DNA from: an uncultured Christensenellaceae bacterium
Lineage (GTDB): Bacteria; Bacillota; Clostridia; Christensenellales; UBA3700
Assembly: GCA_944381345.1 (NCBI GenBank)
Contig: CALWKU010000080.1
Coordinates: 2,891 to 66,890, forward strand
Length of the DNA stretch: 64,000 nucleotides
Direction: 5' to 3'
Part shown: positions 56,706 to 64,000 of the stretch, one piece after another
Layout of the letters: the number at the start of each line of letters is the position of its first letter
How positions within the stretch are numbered: the first letter of the stretch is position 1
Made by a program: the position numbers and the translations under genes
Notes under the pieces: model-generated
The model's database searches: none
Told to the model about the DNA's origin: nothing
What the model saw: only the letters and a program-made list of their open reading frames with translations

Positions 56706-56780
56706 TGGCAGGGGAGACGCGATTCGAACACGCAACCAATGGTTTTGGAGACCACTACTCTACCGTTGAGCCACTCCCCT
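56706..56780 (-). tRNA. trnW: tRNA-Trp (anticodon CCA), with the 3' CCA encoded
   Basis: The reverse complement reads AGGGGAG-TG-GCTC-AACGGTA-GAGT-A-GTGGT-CTCCAAA-ACCAT-TGGTT-GCGTG-TTCGAAT-CGCGT-CTCCCCT-G-CCA. This gives a cloverleaf with a 7-bp acceptor stem and a TTCGAAT T-loop. Confidence 0.93.
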
Positions 56781-56793
56781 AAATTGCCTATAC

Positions 56794-56822
56794 ATTTTAC
56801 TATGCGCCGCAGAATAAGTCAA
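56794..56822 (-). promoter_or_regulatory. Sigma-A promoter of tRNA-Trp
   Basis: On the minus strand: TTGACT (56817-22), a 17-nt spacer, then TAAAAT (56794-99). It ends 13 nt before the tRNA 5' end. Confidence 0.65.
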
Positions 56823-56943
56823 ACGTTTTTAGCCGATTTACAAAAATAGTATTCAAGACGCATTTTGCGCAAAGTGCGCGTAAAACAGTAGAATTTCGTC
56901 GTAAAATATTGTATAATAATTTTATCAAAACACGGAGATTACT

Positions 56944-58377
56944 ATGCAGACAAATATTTACGTCAATCCCCTGATTACCAGATATGCCGGCAAAGAGATG
57001 GCGGCAAACTTTTCGGACGACGCAAAGTTCCGACTTTGGAGGCGGCTTTGGATCGCTCTCGCCAAGTCTGAGAAGGCGCTCGGATTGAACATCACAGACG
57101 AACAGATCGCCGAAATGGAAAAGTTCAAAGACGACATCAATTATGACGACGCGGCAAAGTTTGAAAAAGAAGTCCGCCACGACGTTATGGCTCATGTCAA
57201 GGCGTTCGGCAAGCAGGCGACAAAGGCAATGCCCATAATCCATCTCGGAGCGACGTCGTGTTTCGTCACCGACAACGCCGAAGTCATCATCATCGACCGC
57301 GCGCTCGATCTTGTACTCGCCAAGCTGGTCAACGTTATGGACAAGCTCAAAGCGTTTGCGCTCAAATACAGGGACTTGCCCGCGCTCGGATTCACACACC
57401 TTCAACCTGCTCAGCTGACCACGGTCGGCAAGCGCGCGACTTTGTGGCTCGAGGACTTGGAGATGGACTATGTTTCTTTGGCAAATCTCAAAGCCAACGT
57501 CAAGTTGCGCGGCGTAAAGGGCACTACGGGAACGCAAGCGAGTTTTCTCGATCTTTTTGAGGGAGACGGCGAAAAGGTCAAGGAATTGGAACGCCGGGTC
57601 GTTGCCGAGATGGGCTACTCCTCTTTTTACGGCGTGACGGGACAGACATATCCGCGCAAGTTTGATTACAACGTACTGTGCGTGCTGTCGCAGATCGCGC
57701 AAAGCTGCTATCGTTTCTCAAACGATATCCGCCTGTTGCAGCACATGAAAGAGATAGAGGAGCCGTTCGAAAAGACGCAGATCGGCTCGTCGGCTATGGC
57801 ATATAAGCGCAACCCGATGCGCAGCGAACGTATAGGTTCGATCGCAAGGTACGTGATATCGCTGCCGACAAACTGCGCGGTCACCGCGGCGACGCAATGG
57901 TTTGAGCGCACTCTTGACGACAGCGCAAACAAGCGAATCGTGATCGCGCAAGCGTTCCTCGCGGTCGACGCGATTCTCAACATCTATCTCAACGTATCTG
58001 AAAACCTCGTCGTTTACGACAAGGTCATAAAGAAACACATCGACGCCGAGCTGCCGTTTATGGCGACAGAAAACATTATGATGGAATGCGTCAAGGCGGG
58101 CGGTAACCGTCAGGAGCTGCACGAGCGTATACGCGTGCTGTCCATGGAGGCGTCGCGCAATGTCAAAGTCGAAGGCAAAGACAATAATCTTATCGACCTG
58201 ATCAAAAAAGACGAAATGTTTGCCGCCGTTGCCGACAGATTGGACGGTATCCTCGACGCAAAAAACTTTGTCGGCAGAGCGCCGCAGCAAGTGGTCGAAT
58301 TCATCTCGGCAGAGATAGATCCGATATTAAAAAAACACGCCGATCTGCTTGGACAAAAAGGCGTGGTCAACGTCTGA
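56944..58377 (+). CDS. purB: Adenylosuccinate lyase
   Basis: NPLITRYAGKEM.., the fumarate-lyase signature GSSAMAYKRNP, and a C-terminal ADSL domain are present. TGTATAAT and a GGAG SD lie upstream. Confidence 0.96.
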   Translation: MQTNIYVNPLITRYAGKEMAANFSDDAKFRLWRRLWIALAKSEKALGLNITDEQIAEMEKFKDDINYDDAAKFEKEVRHDVMAHVKAFGKQATKAMPIIHLGATSCFVTDNAEVIIIDRALDLVLAKLVNVMDKLKAFALKYRDLPALGFTHLQPAQLTTVGKRATLWLEDLEMDYVSLANLKANVKLRGVKGTTGTQASFLDLFEGDGEKVKELERRVVAEMGYSSFYGVTGQTYPRKFDYNVLCVLSQIAQSCYRFSNDIRLLQHMKEIEEPFEKTQIGSSAMAYKRNPMRSERIGSIARYVISLPTNCAVTAATQWFERTLDDSANKRIVIAQAFLAVDAILNIYLNVSENLVVYDKVIKKHIDAELPFMATENIMMECVKAGGNRQELHERIRVLSMEASRNVKVEGKDNNLIDLIKKDEMFAAVADRLDGILDAKNFVGRAPQQVVEFISAEIDPILKKHADLLGQKGVVNV

Positions 58378-58391
58378 TCCGAACAATTTGA

Positions 58392-58416
58392 GGGACCCTT
58401 GCGGGTCCCGCTTTTT
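58392..58416. terminator. Terminator between the convergent purB and spoIVB genes
   Basis: GGGACCC-TTGC-GGGTCCC followed by GCTTTTT. Confidence 0.85.
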
Positions 58417-59560
58417 ATTGCGTCAGCATCCAATCGATGAATATGCCGTATCCTTTTGTGGGGTCGGACGTAAACACGTGGGTGACAGCTCCGACCAGTT
58501 TGTCGTCTTGAACAATCGGACTTCCGCTCATCCCCTGCACAATCCCTCCCGTCATCGAGATCAATCCTTTGTCTGTGACGCGGATGACCATGCTCTTGTC
58601 GTCGGGCGAATCTTGCTTTTCCACTTTGATTATCTCGATGTCGTACCATTCCGGTTCATTCCCGATGACCGTGGAATAGATCTGCGCTTTGCCGGGACGT
58701 ACCTCTTCGCGCGAAGCGACGGCAATCTCGGTCAGCCCGTCCGTATCTCCCGTATAATATCCGAAATTACCGAATTTGTTGTTTGAGTCGATAACTGCGA
58801 TCGGTGCGTCTGCTCTTGAAAACGCCCCTACGAGTTCGCCCGCTTTCCCGGTAGTTCCTTTGACAGATCCGGTGATGTATGCGGGATATGCCATGCCGTA
58901 GACGGCGTCGACGGGCACGTTTTCGGTGACGGCGATCGGATGCCCGAGACAGCCGAAGCGCGCAGTCATCGGGTCGATAAAGGTAAGAGTTCCTATACCG
59001 TCGATCTTTTCCTGCAACAGCAGACCGAGTTTGTATTTCGACGTCAAGGCGTCTCTTACCGCCTGCACGCGGAATGTGCGGCTCGCTCCTCCGCGCGAGA
59101 TCTCCAAAACGGCTGAGCCGTCTGATGATTCGAGTATTTCGGCGATCCGGTCGGAGCTGTCGACATCCACTCCGTTGACAGACTTCAGGATATCGCCGAA
59201 AGTCACATCCGAGTCGTCCATAGGTGACGCAGTCCCCTCATCCGTAATGACCGCACGTTTGGCTGTTATCATCAATCCGTCAAGATTGAGCGATATGCCG
59301 AGCGGACGCCCTCCGAGCAAGACGTCGTGCGATACGACAGGCTCGGTTTTCTTTTTGCCTATTTCAAAAATGCCGAACAATTTACTGCTCGTCGTTGCGG
59401 TTTGGTCGTCGTAGACGTTTTCTACATACGGCGCTTCGCTCGGCTCGCAGTCACAGAACGCGGTCGCCGCCCAAAAGTCGTCTTGTTCCTGCAAGCCGAA
59501 ATAGCCGACCGCCGCCACCGCGACGAACAGCAGCATCATCACGCACAAAAATCTTTTCAT
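58415..59560 (-). CDS. spoIVB: SpoIVB signalling serine peptidase (S55)
   Basis: It has a signal/TM segment (MKRFLCVMMLLFVAVAAVG), a PDZ region and an S55 catalytic region (GIVQGMSGSPIVQDDKLVGAVTHVF). The start at 59560 has a GAGGA SD. Confidence 0.92.
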   Translation of the reverse strand: MKRFLCVMMLLFVAVAAVGYFGLQEQDDFWAATAFCDCEPSEAPYVENVYDDQTATTSSKLFGIFEIGKKKTEPVVSHDVLLGGRPLGISLNLDGLMITAKRAVITDEGTASPMDDSDVTFGDILKSVNGVDVDSSDRIAEILESSDGSAVLEISRGGASRTFRVQAVRDALTSKYKLGLLLQEKIDGIGTLTFIDPMTARFGCLGHPIAVTENVPVDAVYGMAYPAYITGSVKGTTGKAGELVGAFSRADAPIAVIDSNNKFGNFGYYTGDTDGLTEIAVASREEVRPGKAQIYSTVIGNEPEWYDIEIIKVEKQDSPDDKSMVIRVTDKGLISMTGGIVQGMSGSPIVQDDKLVGAVTHVFTSDPTKGYGIFIDWMLTQ

Positions 59561-59604
59561 TGCCGTCCTCACGAAGTTAGTTTGCACTTCCGTCAAGCAA
59601 TTAT

Positions 59605-59631
59605 GAAAAAAGCGCCGCCAATCGGCGACGC
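59605..59631 (-). terminator. Rho-independent terminator after recN
   Basis: On the minus strand: GCGTCGCC-GATT-GGCGGCGC followed by TTTTTT. Confidence 0.8.
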
Positions 59632-59644
59632 AAATCAAAAGTCT

Positions 59645-61330
59645 TTATGCTGTTTTGAATTCGTCTGCGTATCGTTTCATCTCCTTTGCGTGCGGAAGCG
59701 CGTGTTCGCTGTATTCGCTGCCGCCGATGAGCCGCGCAATCTCGGCAAGCATACCGTCTCGGTCCAACGCGGTAAGCGCGGTATGAGCGCCGTTCTCGTC
59801 CGTATATTTGCTAATGAGAAAATGCCGGTCCGCCATGGAAGCGAGTTGAGGCAAATGCGTGACAGCGAGTACTTGTCTCCCCTTGGCGATCGTGTACAAT
59901 TTTTGAGCGACCACCTGCGACGTCTTACCGCTGATGCCTGTATCAACCTCGTCAAAGACCATTGTCTCTACGCCGTCAATATCGGAAATAATGTTCTTGA
60001 TCGCAAGCATGAAACGAGACAGCTCGCCGCCGGAAATAACTTTGACAAGTTCGCGCAGAGGCTGACCGGCGTTGGCGGAAAACATAAAGACGACCTTGTC
60101 CTCGCCGACGGGCGTAGGTTCGCATTCGACGCGATCTATCTTCGCTTCGAATGACGCGTTGTTCATCCCGAGGTCTTTGAGCTGAGCGACCAATTGTACG
60201 GCAAGCGCGGCGGCGGCGTCCTTACGAAGCATATGCAATTTGTCGGCGTTCCTAGACAAAGCCGCGCATATTTTTTCGGATTTGACGTTGAGTTCTTGCA
60301 GCGCCGCTTCTCCGCCCGCAAGAAAATCGAGTTCCCTGCGCAATTCGTCAAGCTTTGCGCCGTATTCTTGCTCGGAAACTGAATATTTGCGCTTGATCTT
60401 GCGCACGAGTGCGAGACGCTCTTCGCACCTTTCGGCAGCATACGGATCAAAGTCGTCCGAGTTTATCAGCTCGCGCAAAGTCGCGGCGATGTCTTGCGTT
60501 TCGATCTTCAACTCCTCGAGTCTGTTCTCAATCTCCGCATAAGACGGATCGTAATCGCTTACGCCGCCGATCGACCTGCGCGCGGAGACGATGTCCGAAA
60601 GCGCGCTGCCCGCGTCGCCGTCAAGGGAATTTTGCGCGTCGGCGAGCGCGTCACGTATGCGTTGGGCGTTGTTGAATTTTTTGCGCGCGGCGAGCAGAGC
60701 GTCCTCTTCGCCCTCTTCGAGCGCGGCTTCTTCCAACTCCCTGATAGCGTCGCATACCTCTTCGGTGCGCGCCTCGACGTCCGTAAGCGAACCGTACTTG
60801 GCAATCTCTGCCCGTGTCGCTTTGTATTGCGCGCAAAGCTTTGCGCGTTCCTCGAGGGCGGCGGCAAGGGGTTCGCCGGCAAACTTGTCGAGAACTTTTA
60901 TGTGATTTTCTTCGCTTAAAAGCCCTGTCGCCTCATGCTGACCGTAAATGTCCGCAAGCGCGTGCGCGACAGATCTGAGTACGGCAAGCGTGACTCTGAC
61001 GCCGTTGACGCGGCAGACGTTTTTGCCGTCTACGCTCATGGTTCGCGCCAACATCAGCTCGCCGTCTTCGCTGTCGATGCCCGTTTCTTTTAATATGTCG
61101 ACCGCCGGCAACGACGCGCCCGTTTCAAACAGAGCCGATACCGAAGCCTCATCGCAGCCGTATCTGATCAAAGACCTGTCGGCCCTCTCGCCGAGTACGA
61201 ACTCAAGGCTGTCTATGATGATGGATTTGCCCGCGCCCGTCTCGCCCGAAAGTATGTTCAGTCCTTCCGAAAATTCCGCTTCGAGCTTGTCTATCAACGC
61301 TATGTTTCTGATGCTGAGCGATGCAAGCAT
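59645..61330 (-). CDS. recN: DNA repair protein RecN
   Basis: It has SMC-like Walker A GETGAGKS, a long coiled coil, the C-terminal signature SGGELSR and Walker B MVFDEVD. Confidence 0.96.
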   Translation of the reverse strand: MLASLSIRNIALIDKLEAEFSEGLNILSGETGAGKSIIIDSLEFVLGERADRSLIRYGCDEASVSALFETGASLPAVDILKETGIDSEDGELMLARTMSVDGKNVCRVNGVRVTLAVLRSVAHALADIYGQHEATGLLSEENHIKVLDKFAGEPLAAALEERAKLCAQYKATRAEIAKYGSLTDVEARTEEVCDAIRELEEAALEEGEEDALLAARKKFNNAQRIRDALADAQNSLDGDAGSALSDIVSARRSIGGVSDYDPSYAEIENRLEELKIETQDIAATLRELINSDDFDPYAAERCEERLALVRKIKRKYSVSEQEYGAKLDELRRELDFLAGGEAALQELNVKSEKICAALSRNADKLHMLRKDAAAALAVQLVAQLKDLGMNNASFEAKIDRVECEPTPVGEDKVVFMFSANAGQPLRELVKVISGGELSRFMLAIKNIISDIDGVETMVFDEVDTGISGKTSQVVAQKLYTIAKGRQVLAVTHLPQLASMADRHFLISKYTDENGAHTALTALDRDGMLAEIARLIGGSEYSEHALPHAKEMKRYADEFKTA

Positions 61331-61340
61331 ATCCCCTCCG

Positions 61341-61802
61341 TCAGACGAGATAAGATCTCAAAAGTTGAACGGTGGCGTCGACGTTCTCGCCGTCGGCTAC
61401 GACCGTGAAGATGGTGTCGTCGCCGGCAAGCGTGCCTATGACCTGCGGAAGATTGAGGTGGTCTATGAACGCACACGCGCTGTTGGCGCCGCCCGTGACC
61501 GTCTTGACGACGATCAGATTTGACGCGCTGCGGATGGACAGCACGCACTCTTTGAAGATGTTGCCGTACTTCGCGGCGATCTTGTGCGCTCCGCCGTCGG
61601 CTTTGACATATTTATACTTTCGCTCCGTCCCCGAGACTTTGACCAGTCCCAGCTCCTTGACGTCGCGCGAGACCGTCGCCTGCGTCGCGTCCGATCCCTG
61701 TTTTCGCAGCAGTTCCACAAGCTCGCCCTGCGTGCCGACCTCTTGTCTTTCAATGATGTCGAGGATCAATTGCTGTCTTTTGGATCTGACCATATCACTC
61801 AC
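61341..61802 (-). CDS. argR: Arginine repressor ArgR/AhrC
   Basis: The winged helix (RQQLILDII....V.TQGELVELL...G...TQATVSRD..EL) and the C-terminal GTLAGDDTIF motif are present. Confidence 0.94.
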   Translation of the reverse strand: MSDMVRSKRQQLILDIIERQEVGTQGELVELLRKQGSDATQATVSRDVKELGLVKVSGTERKYKYVKADGGAHKIAAKYGNIFKECVLSIRSASNLIVVKTVTGGANSACAFIDHLNLPQVIGTLAGDDTIFTVVADGENVDATVQLLRSYLV

Positions 61803-62616
61803 CCCAATACGAGAGTTTTTTCACGAGTTTTTCGTAAAAGCTCTGATGACCGAATCGTACAAAAAGCGCGTCCTTATCGCTGCGGACGATGTCGACTTCA
61901 CATCTGCCGTCGCCAAGCCCGAAAATGCTGCCGTCTGCGGTAAGGCGCATGCCGGATCCCTCGCAAGAGAGTGTGATCTTGCTGTCGGAATTGACGACGA
62001 TGGGGCAAAAATGAAGCGAATGCGGGCAAATCGCGTTGATGATGAACGCATTGACGTCGGGCGACAGTACAGGCCCGTTGCAAGACAGCGAATAGGCGGT
62101 CGAACCCGTCGCGGTTGCAACGATGACCCCGTCGCCTCTGACCGAATCCGCATGGTGACCGTTGACGGAGACGTCGATCGTACATACACGAGAATTGCTG
62201 CCCGTGCCAAGCACGACTTCGTTGAGCGCTAAGTATGTCTTTTCGCCCGCCGTAGCGGCGAGCATTGCCCTGCGTTCGAGCGAAAAAGAACCGGCGATGA
62301 GCCCGTCGACTACCTTTTCGAGTTCGTCCTTGGACGCTTCGGACAAGAAACCTATCCTGCCCAAATTGACGCCGAGGATCGGGATTGCGTTTTGCGCGCA
62401 ATACTCTACGACGTTGAGCATCGTGCCGTCGCCGCCGAACGCGACGAGGATATCGCCTATCTTGCCCGCCTTGGCGAGATCTGACGACGCGTCCGCGCCT
62501 CCGTCGCCGTAAAAATAGCCGCATTCGACGCCTTTGCGCGCCAAAATGCCGCAAAATTGCTTGGCTATCATCCCGTGTGGATCTTTGTTGTAATTGGTGT
62601 AAACGCCTATCTTCAT
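61795..62616 (-). CDS. nadK: NAD kinase
   Basis: The GGDGT motif (AFGGDGTML), NLGRIGFL and ATATGSTAYSLS are present. It overlaps the argR start by 8 nt. Confidence 0.95.
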   Translation of the reverse strand: MKIGVYTNYNKDPHGMIAKQFCGILARKGVECGYFYGDGGADASSDLAKAGKIGDILVAFGGDGTMLNVVEYCAQNAIPILGVNLGRIGFLSEASKDELEKVVDGLIAGSFSLERRAMLAATAGEKTYLALNEVVLGTGSNSRVCTIDVSVNGHHADSVRGDGVIVATATGSTAYSLSCNGPVLSPDVNAFIINAICPHSLHFCPIVVNSDSKITLSCEGSGMRLTADGSIFGLGDGRCEVDIVRSDKDALFVRFGHQSFYEKLVKKLSYWGE

Positions 62617-62625
62617 ACGAAAGAT

Positions 62626-62654
62626 ATTATATAATAATATGCAAAATTATTCAA
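62626..62654 (-). promoter_or_regulatory. Sigma-A-type promoter close to the nadK start
   Basis: On the minus strand: TTGAAT (62649-54), a 17-nt spacer, then TATAAT (62626-31), then 9 nt (ATCTTTCGT, no SD) and ATG 62616. Confidence 0.45.
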
Positions 62655-62678
62655 CGATTTTTGAATAAATGCATAAAA

Positions 62679-63395
62679 TCAAATTTTGACGAGGCGAATG
62701 ACGTATTCTGTGTTTTTATCCTTTTTGACGGGAGCCGTGGTCACTCCTTTCGCCTTCAAACCGACGCTTGCGGCAAAAGAAGTTATGTCGTTCACGACCG
62801 CTTCGCGTATCTTTTGCGAGGTCACGATCCCGCGTTTAGACAGCGCGCTTCTGCCCGCTTCGAATTGCGGTTTTATCAGCGCGAATATCTCTCCGCCGCG
62901 TTTGAGCAGGCATTTGACGGACGGCAAGACGAGTTTGAGCGAGATGAAACTGACGTCTATCGTCACGACGTCGCACGGCTCGCCTATGTCGTCGGGAGTG
63001 ATATAGCGCGCGTTGAGTCTGTCGCGGACGATAACCCGCCCGTCCTCTTTCAGCCTTTGCGGCAGAGCGCATTCCCCCACGTCCACCGCATATACTTTTG
63101 ATGCGCCGTGTTTGAGGAGACAGTCGGTAAAGCCGCCGTTTGACGCGCCTATGTCCGCGCAGACGGCGCCGGTAACATCTGCGACGAAATCGCTAAGCGC
63201 TTTTTGGAGTTTGTCTCCGCCTGCCGAAGCGAATACCCCCTCGTCCGAGAGCGTGACTTCGGAAGAGGGAGCAATGTCTTTTGACGGCTTGTCAGCCGGT
63301 TTCCCGTTACAAAAAACGCGCCCTTCTTCAATGAAGCGGGCGGCTTTTGTTCTGCTTATGCCGAACTTTTCGGCGACATAAGCGTCAAGCCTCAT
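62679..63395 (-). CDS. tlyA: TlyA-family rRNA 2'-O-methyltransferase (S4 + FtsJ domains)
   Basis: MRLD.YV......SR..A...I..G.V..NG and the SAM motif DIGASNGGFTDCLL..GA..VYAVDVG are present. Confidence 0.9.
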   Translation of the reverse strand: MRLDAYVAEKFGISRTKAARFIEEGRVFCNGKPADKPSKDIAPSSEVTLSDEGVFASAGGDKLQKALSDFVADVTGAVCADIGASNGGFTDCLLKHGASKVYAVDVGECALPQRLKEDGRVIVRDRLNARYITPDDIGEPCDVVTIDVSFISLKLVLPSVKCLLKRGGEIFALIKPQFEAGRSALSKRGIVTSQKIREAVVNDITSFAASVGLKAKGVTTAPVKKDKNTEYVIRLVKI

Positions 63396-64000
63396 CGTCG
63401 AGAGCGCGCACTATCGCGGTGCGGTCGGTCTTGCAATACTTTTGTATCTCGGCAACTTCGCCCATGGGATACAGTCCGTCGGCATAGCCGATTACCTTGA
63501 CTTTTGGGAAGATGTCGCTGTCTCGGCGGGCGTAATAGTTACGCACCGCTTCACCGAATCCGCCGTCGACAACCCCGTCCTCCACGGTCAGCACAAACCT
63601 GTCGTCGATGAGATCGAGAAGTTCGGTGTCCAAAGGCTTTGCAAAGCGTGCGTTGACGAACGCGACCTTTTCGCCCTTTTTGCGTAGAGAATCTACTGCG
63701 CTCGCGGCCTCCGCGCAGCTTTGCGCGCCGCAAGCAAGCACTATTTTGTCCGCAAGCAGCACCTCGTCGGGATCAAAATCCCACTTCCCGACGGTAACAG
63801 GCGTATGTCTGTCGTAAGCGGCGGGGACGCCGCCTTTCGGGTAACGTATCTCGAGCGGATGCCCGAACGAAACCGACCACTCGATCGCGGCTTCAAGTTC
63901 TTCCGCGTCCTTGGGACACAATATAGCAATGTTTGGCAGTTCGCGTAAAAACGAGATGTCGTACACGCCCTGATGTGTGGGACCGTCGCCCGAGACGACG
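63385..64000 (-). CDS. dxs: 1-deoxy-D-xylulose-5-phosphate synthase. Only the C-terminal part is present, because the gene continues beyond the window.
   Basis: The frame is open to the window edge and reads ..VVSGDGPTHQGVYDISFLRELPN..ILCPKD..E. This is the transketolase-like pyrimidine-binding/C-terminal region, in the canonical dxs-tlyA-nadK-argR-recN-spoIVB order. Confidence 0.9.
   Translation of the reverse strand, partial: VVSGDGPTHQGVYDISFLRELPNIAILCPKDAEELEAAIEWSVSFGHPLEIRYPKGGVPAAYDRHTPVTVGKWDFDPDEVLLADKIVLACGAQSCAEAASAVDSLRKKGEKVAFVNARFAKPLDTELLDLIDDRFVLTVEDGVVDGGFGEAVRNYYARRDSDIFPKVKVIGYADGLYPMGEVAEIQKYCKTDRTAIVRALDDEA

Noticed and set aside
56377-56739. A 120-aa minus-strand ORF spanning the tRNA-Trp-linked repeats, with an internally repeated peptide.
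   Set aside because: It exists only because the 210-bp DNA repeat happens to be stop-free in one frame. It runs through two terminator hairpins and into the tRNA gene, and it has no SD.

Overview
The window looks like a chromosomal segment from an endospore-forming Firmicute, probably Clostridia-like and moderately GC-rich. All gene calls rest on motif recognition in the supplied translations, because no database search was possible. Most of it is conserved housekeeping and sporulation synteny. In order: sepF-lspA-rluD, rqcH, tig-clpP-clpX-lon-engB, a five-gene biotin-dependent Na+-decarboxylase/transcarboxylase-like cluster, and an IS1182-family insertion. Then sigG, nrdR, a GPH/MFS transporter, spoIIAA-spoIIAB-sigF, spoVAC-AD-AE, yunB, and a Phe T-box with pheS-pheT. 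Then a U32 peptidase, mutS2, a nifS-like gene with thiI, a PBP1A, miaB-mutS-mutL-miaA-ynbB, and lexA with a small 4-Cys protein. Then a Xer-like tyrosine recombinase, a membrane-anchored PadR, a TVP38 protein, rnhA-proC, tRNA-Trp, purB, and spoIVB-recN-argR-nadK-tlyA-dxs. I found no large unassigned ORF, so the unusual signals are non-coding or architectural. (1) Two tandem 106-bp modules between proC and tRNA-Trp each carry an inverted copy of the tRNA-Trp 3' half plus their own palindrome and terminator. (2) An array of SOS-box-like 13-mers (GAACAnAnATTCG) sits in degenerate 55-63 bp repeats in a 1.46-kb ORF-free region upstream of the recombinase next to lexA. A second set of three ~82-bp repeats lies between lexA and the recombinase. 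(3) An AT-rich island holds a GNAT gene interrupted by two in-frame TGA codons, both at positions where I expect glycine. (4) At least five genes show a sigma-A-type promoter directly abutting the ATG, which suggests leaderless mRNAs. (5) The IS is inserted into an operon terminator hairpin with a 23-bp target duplication. (6) The decarboxylase cluster combines two different carboxyltransferases with one biotin carrier and one Na+ pump subunit.
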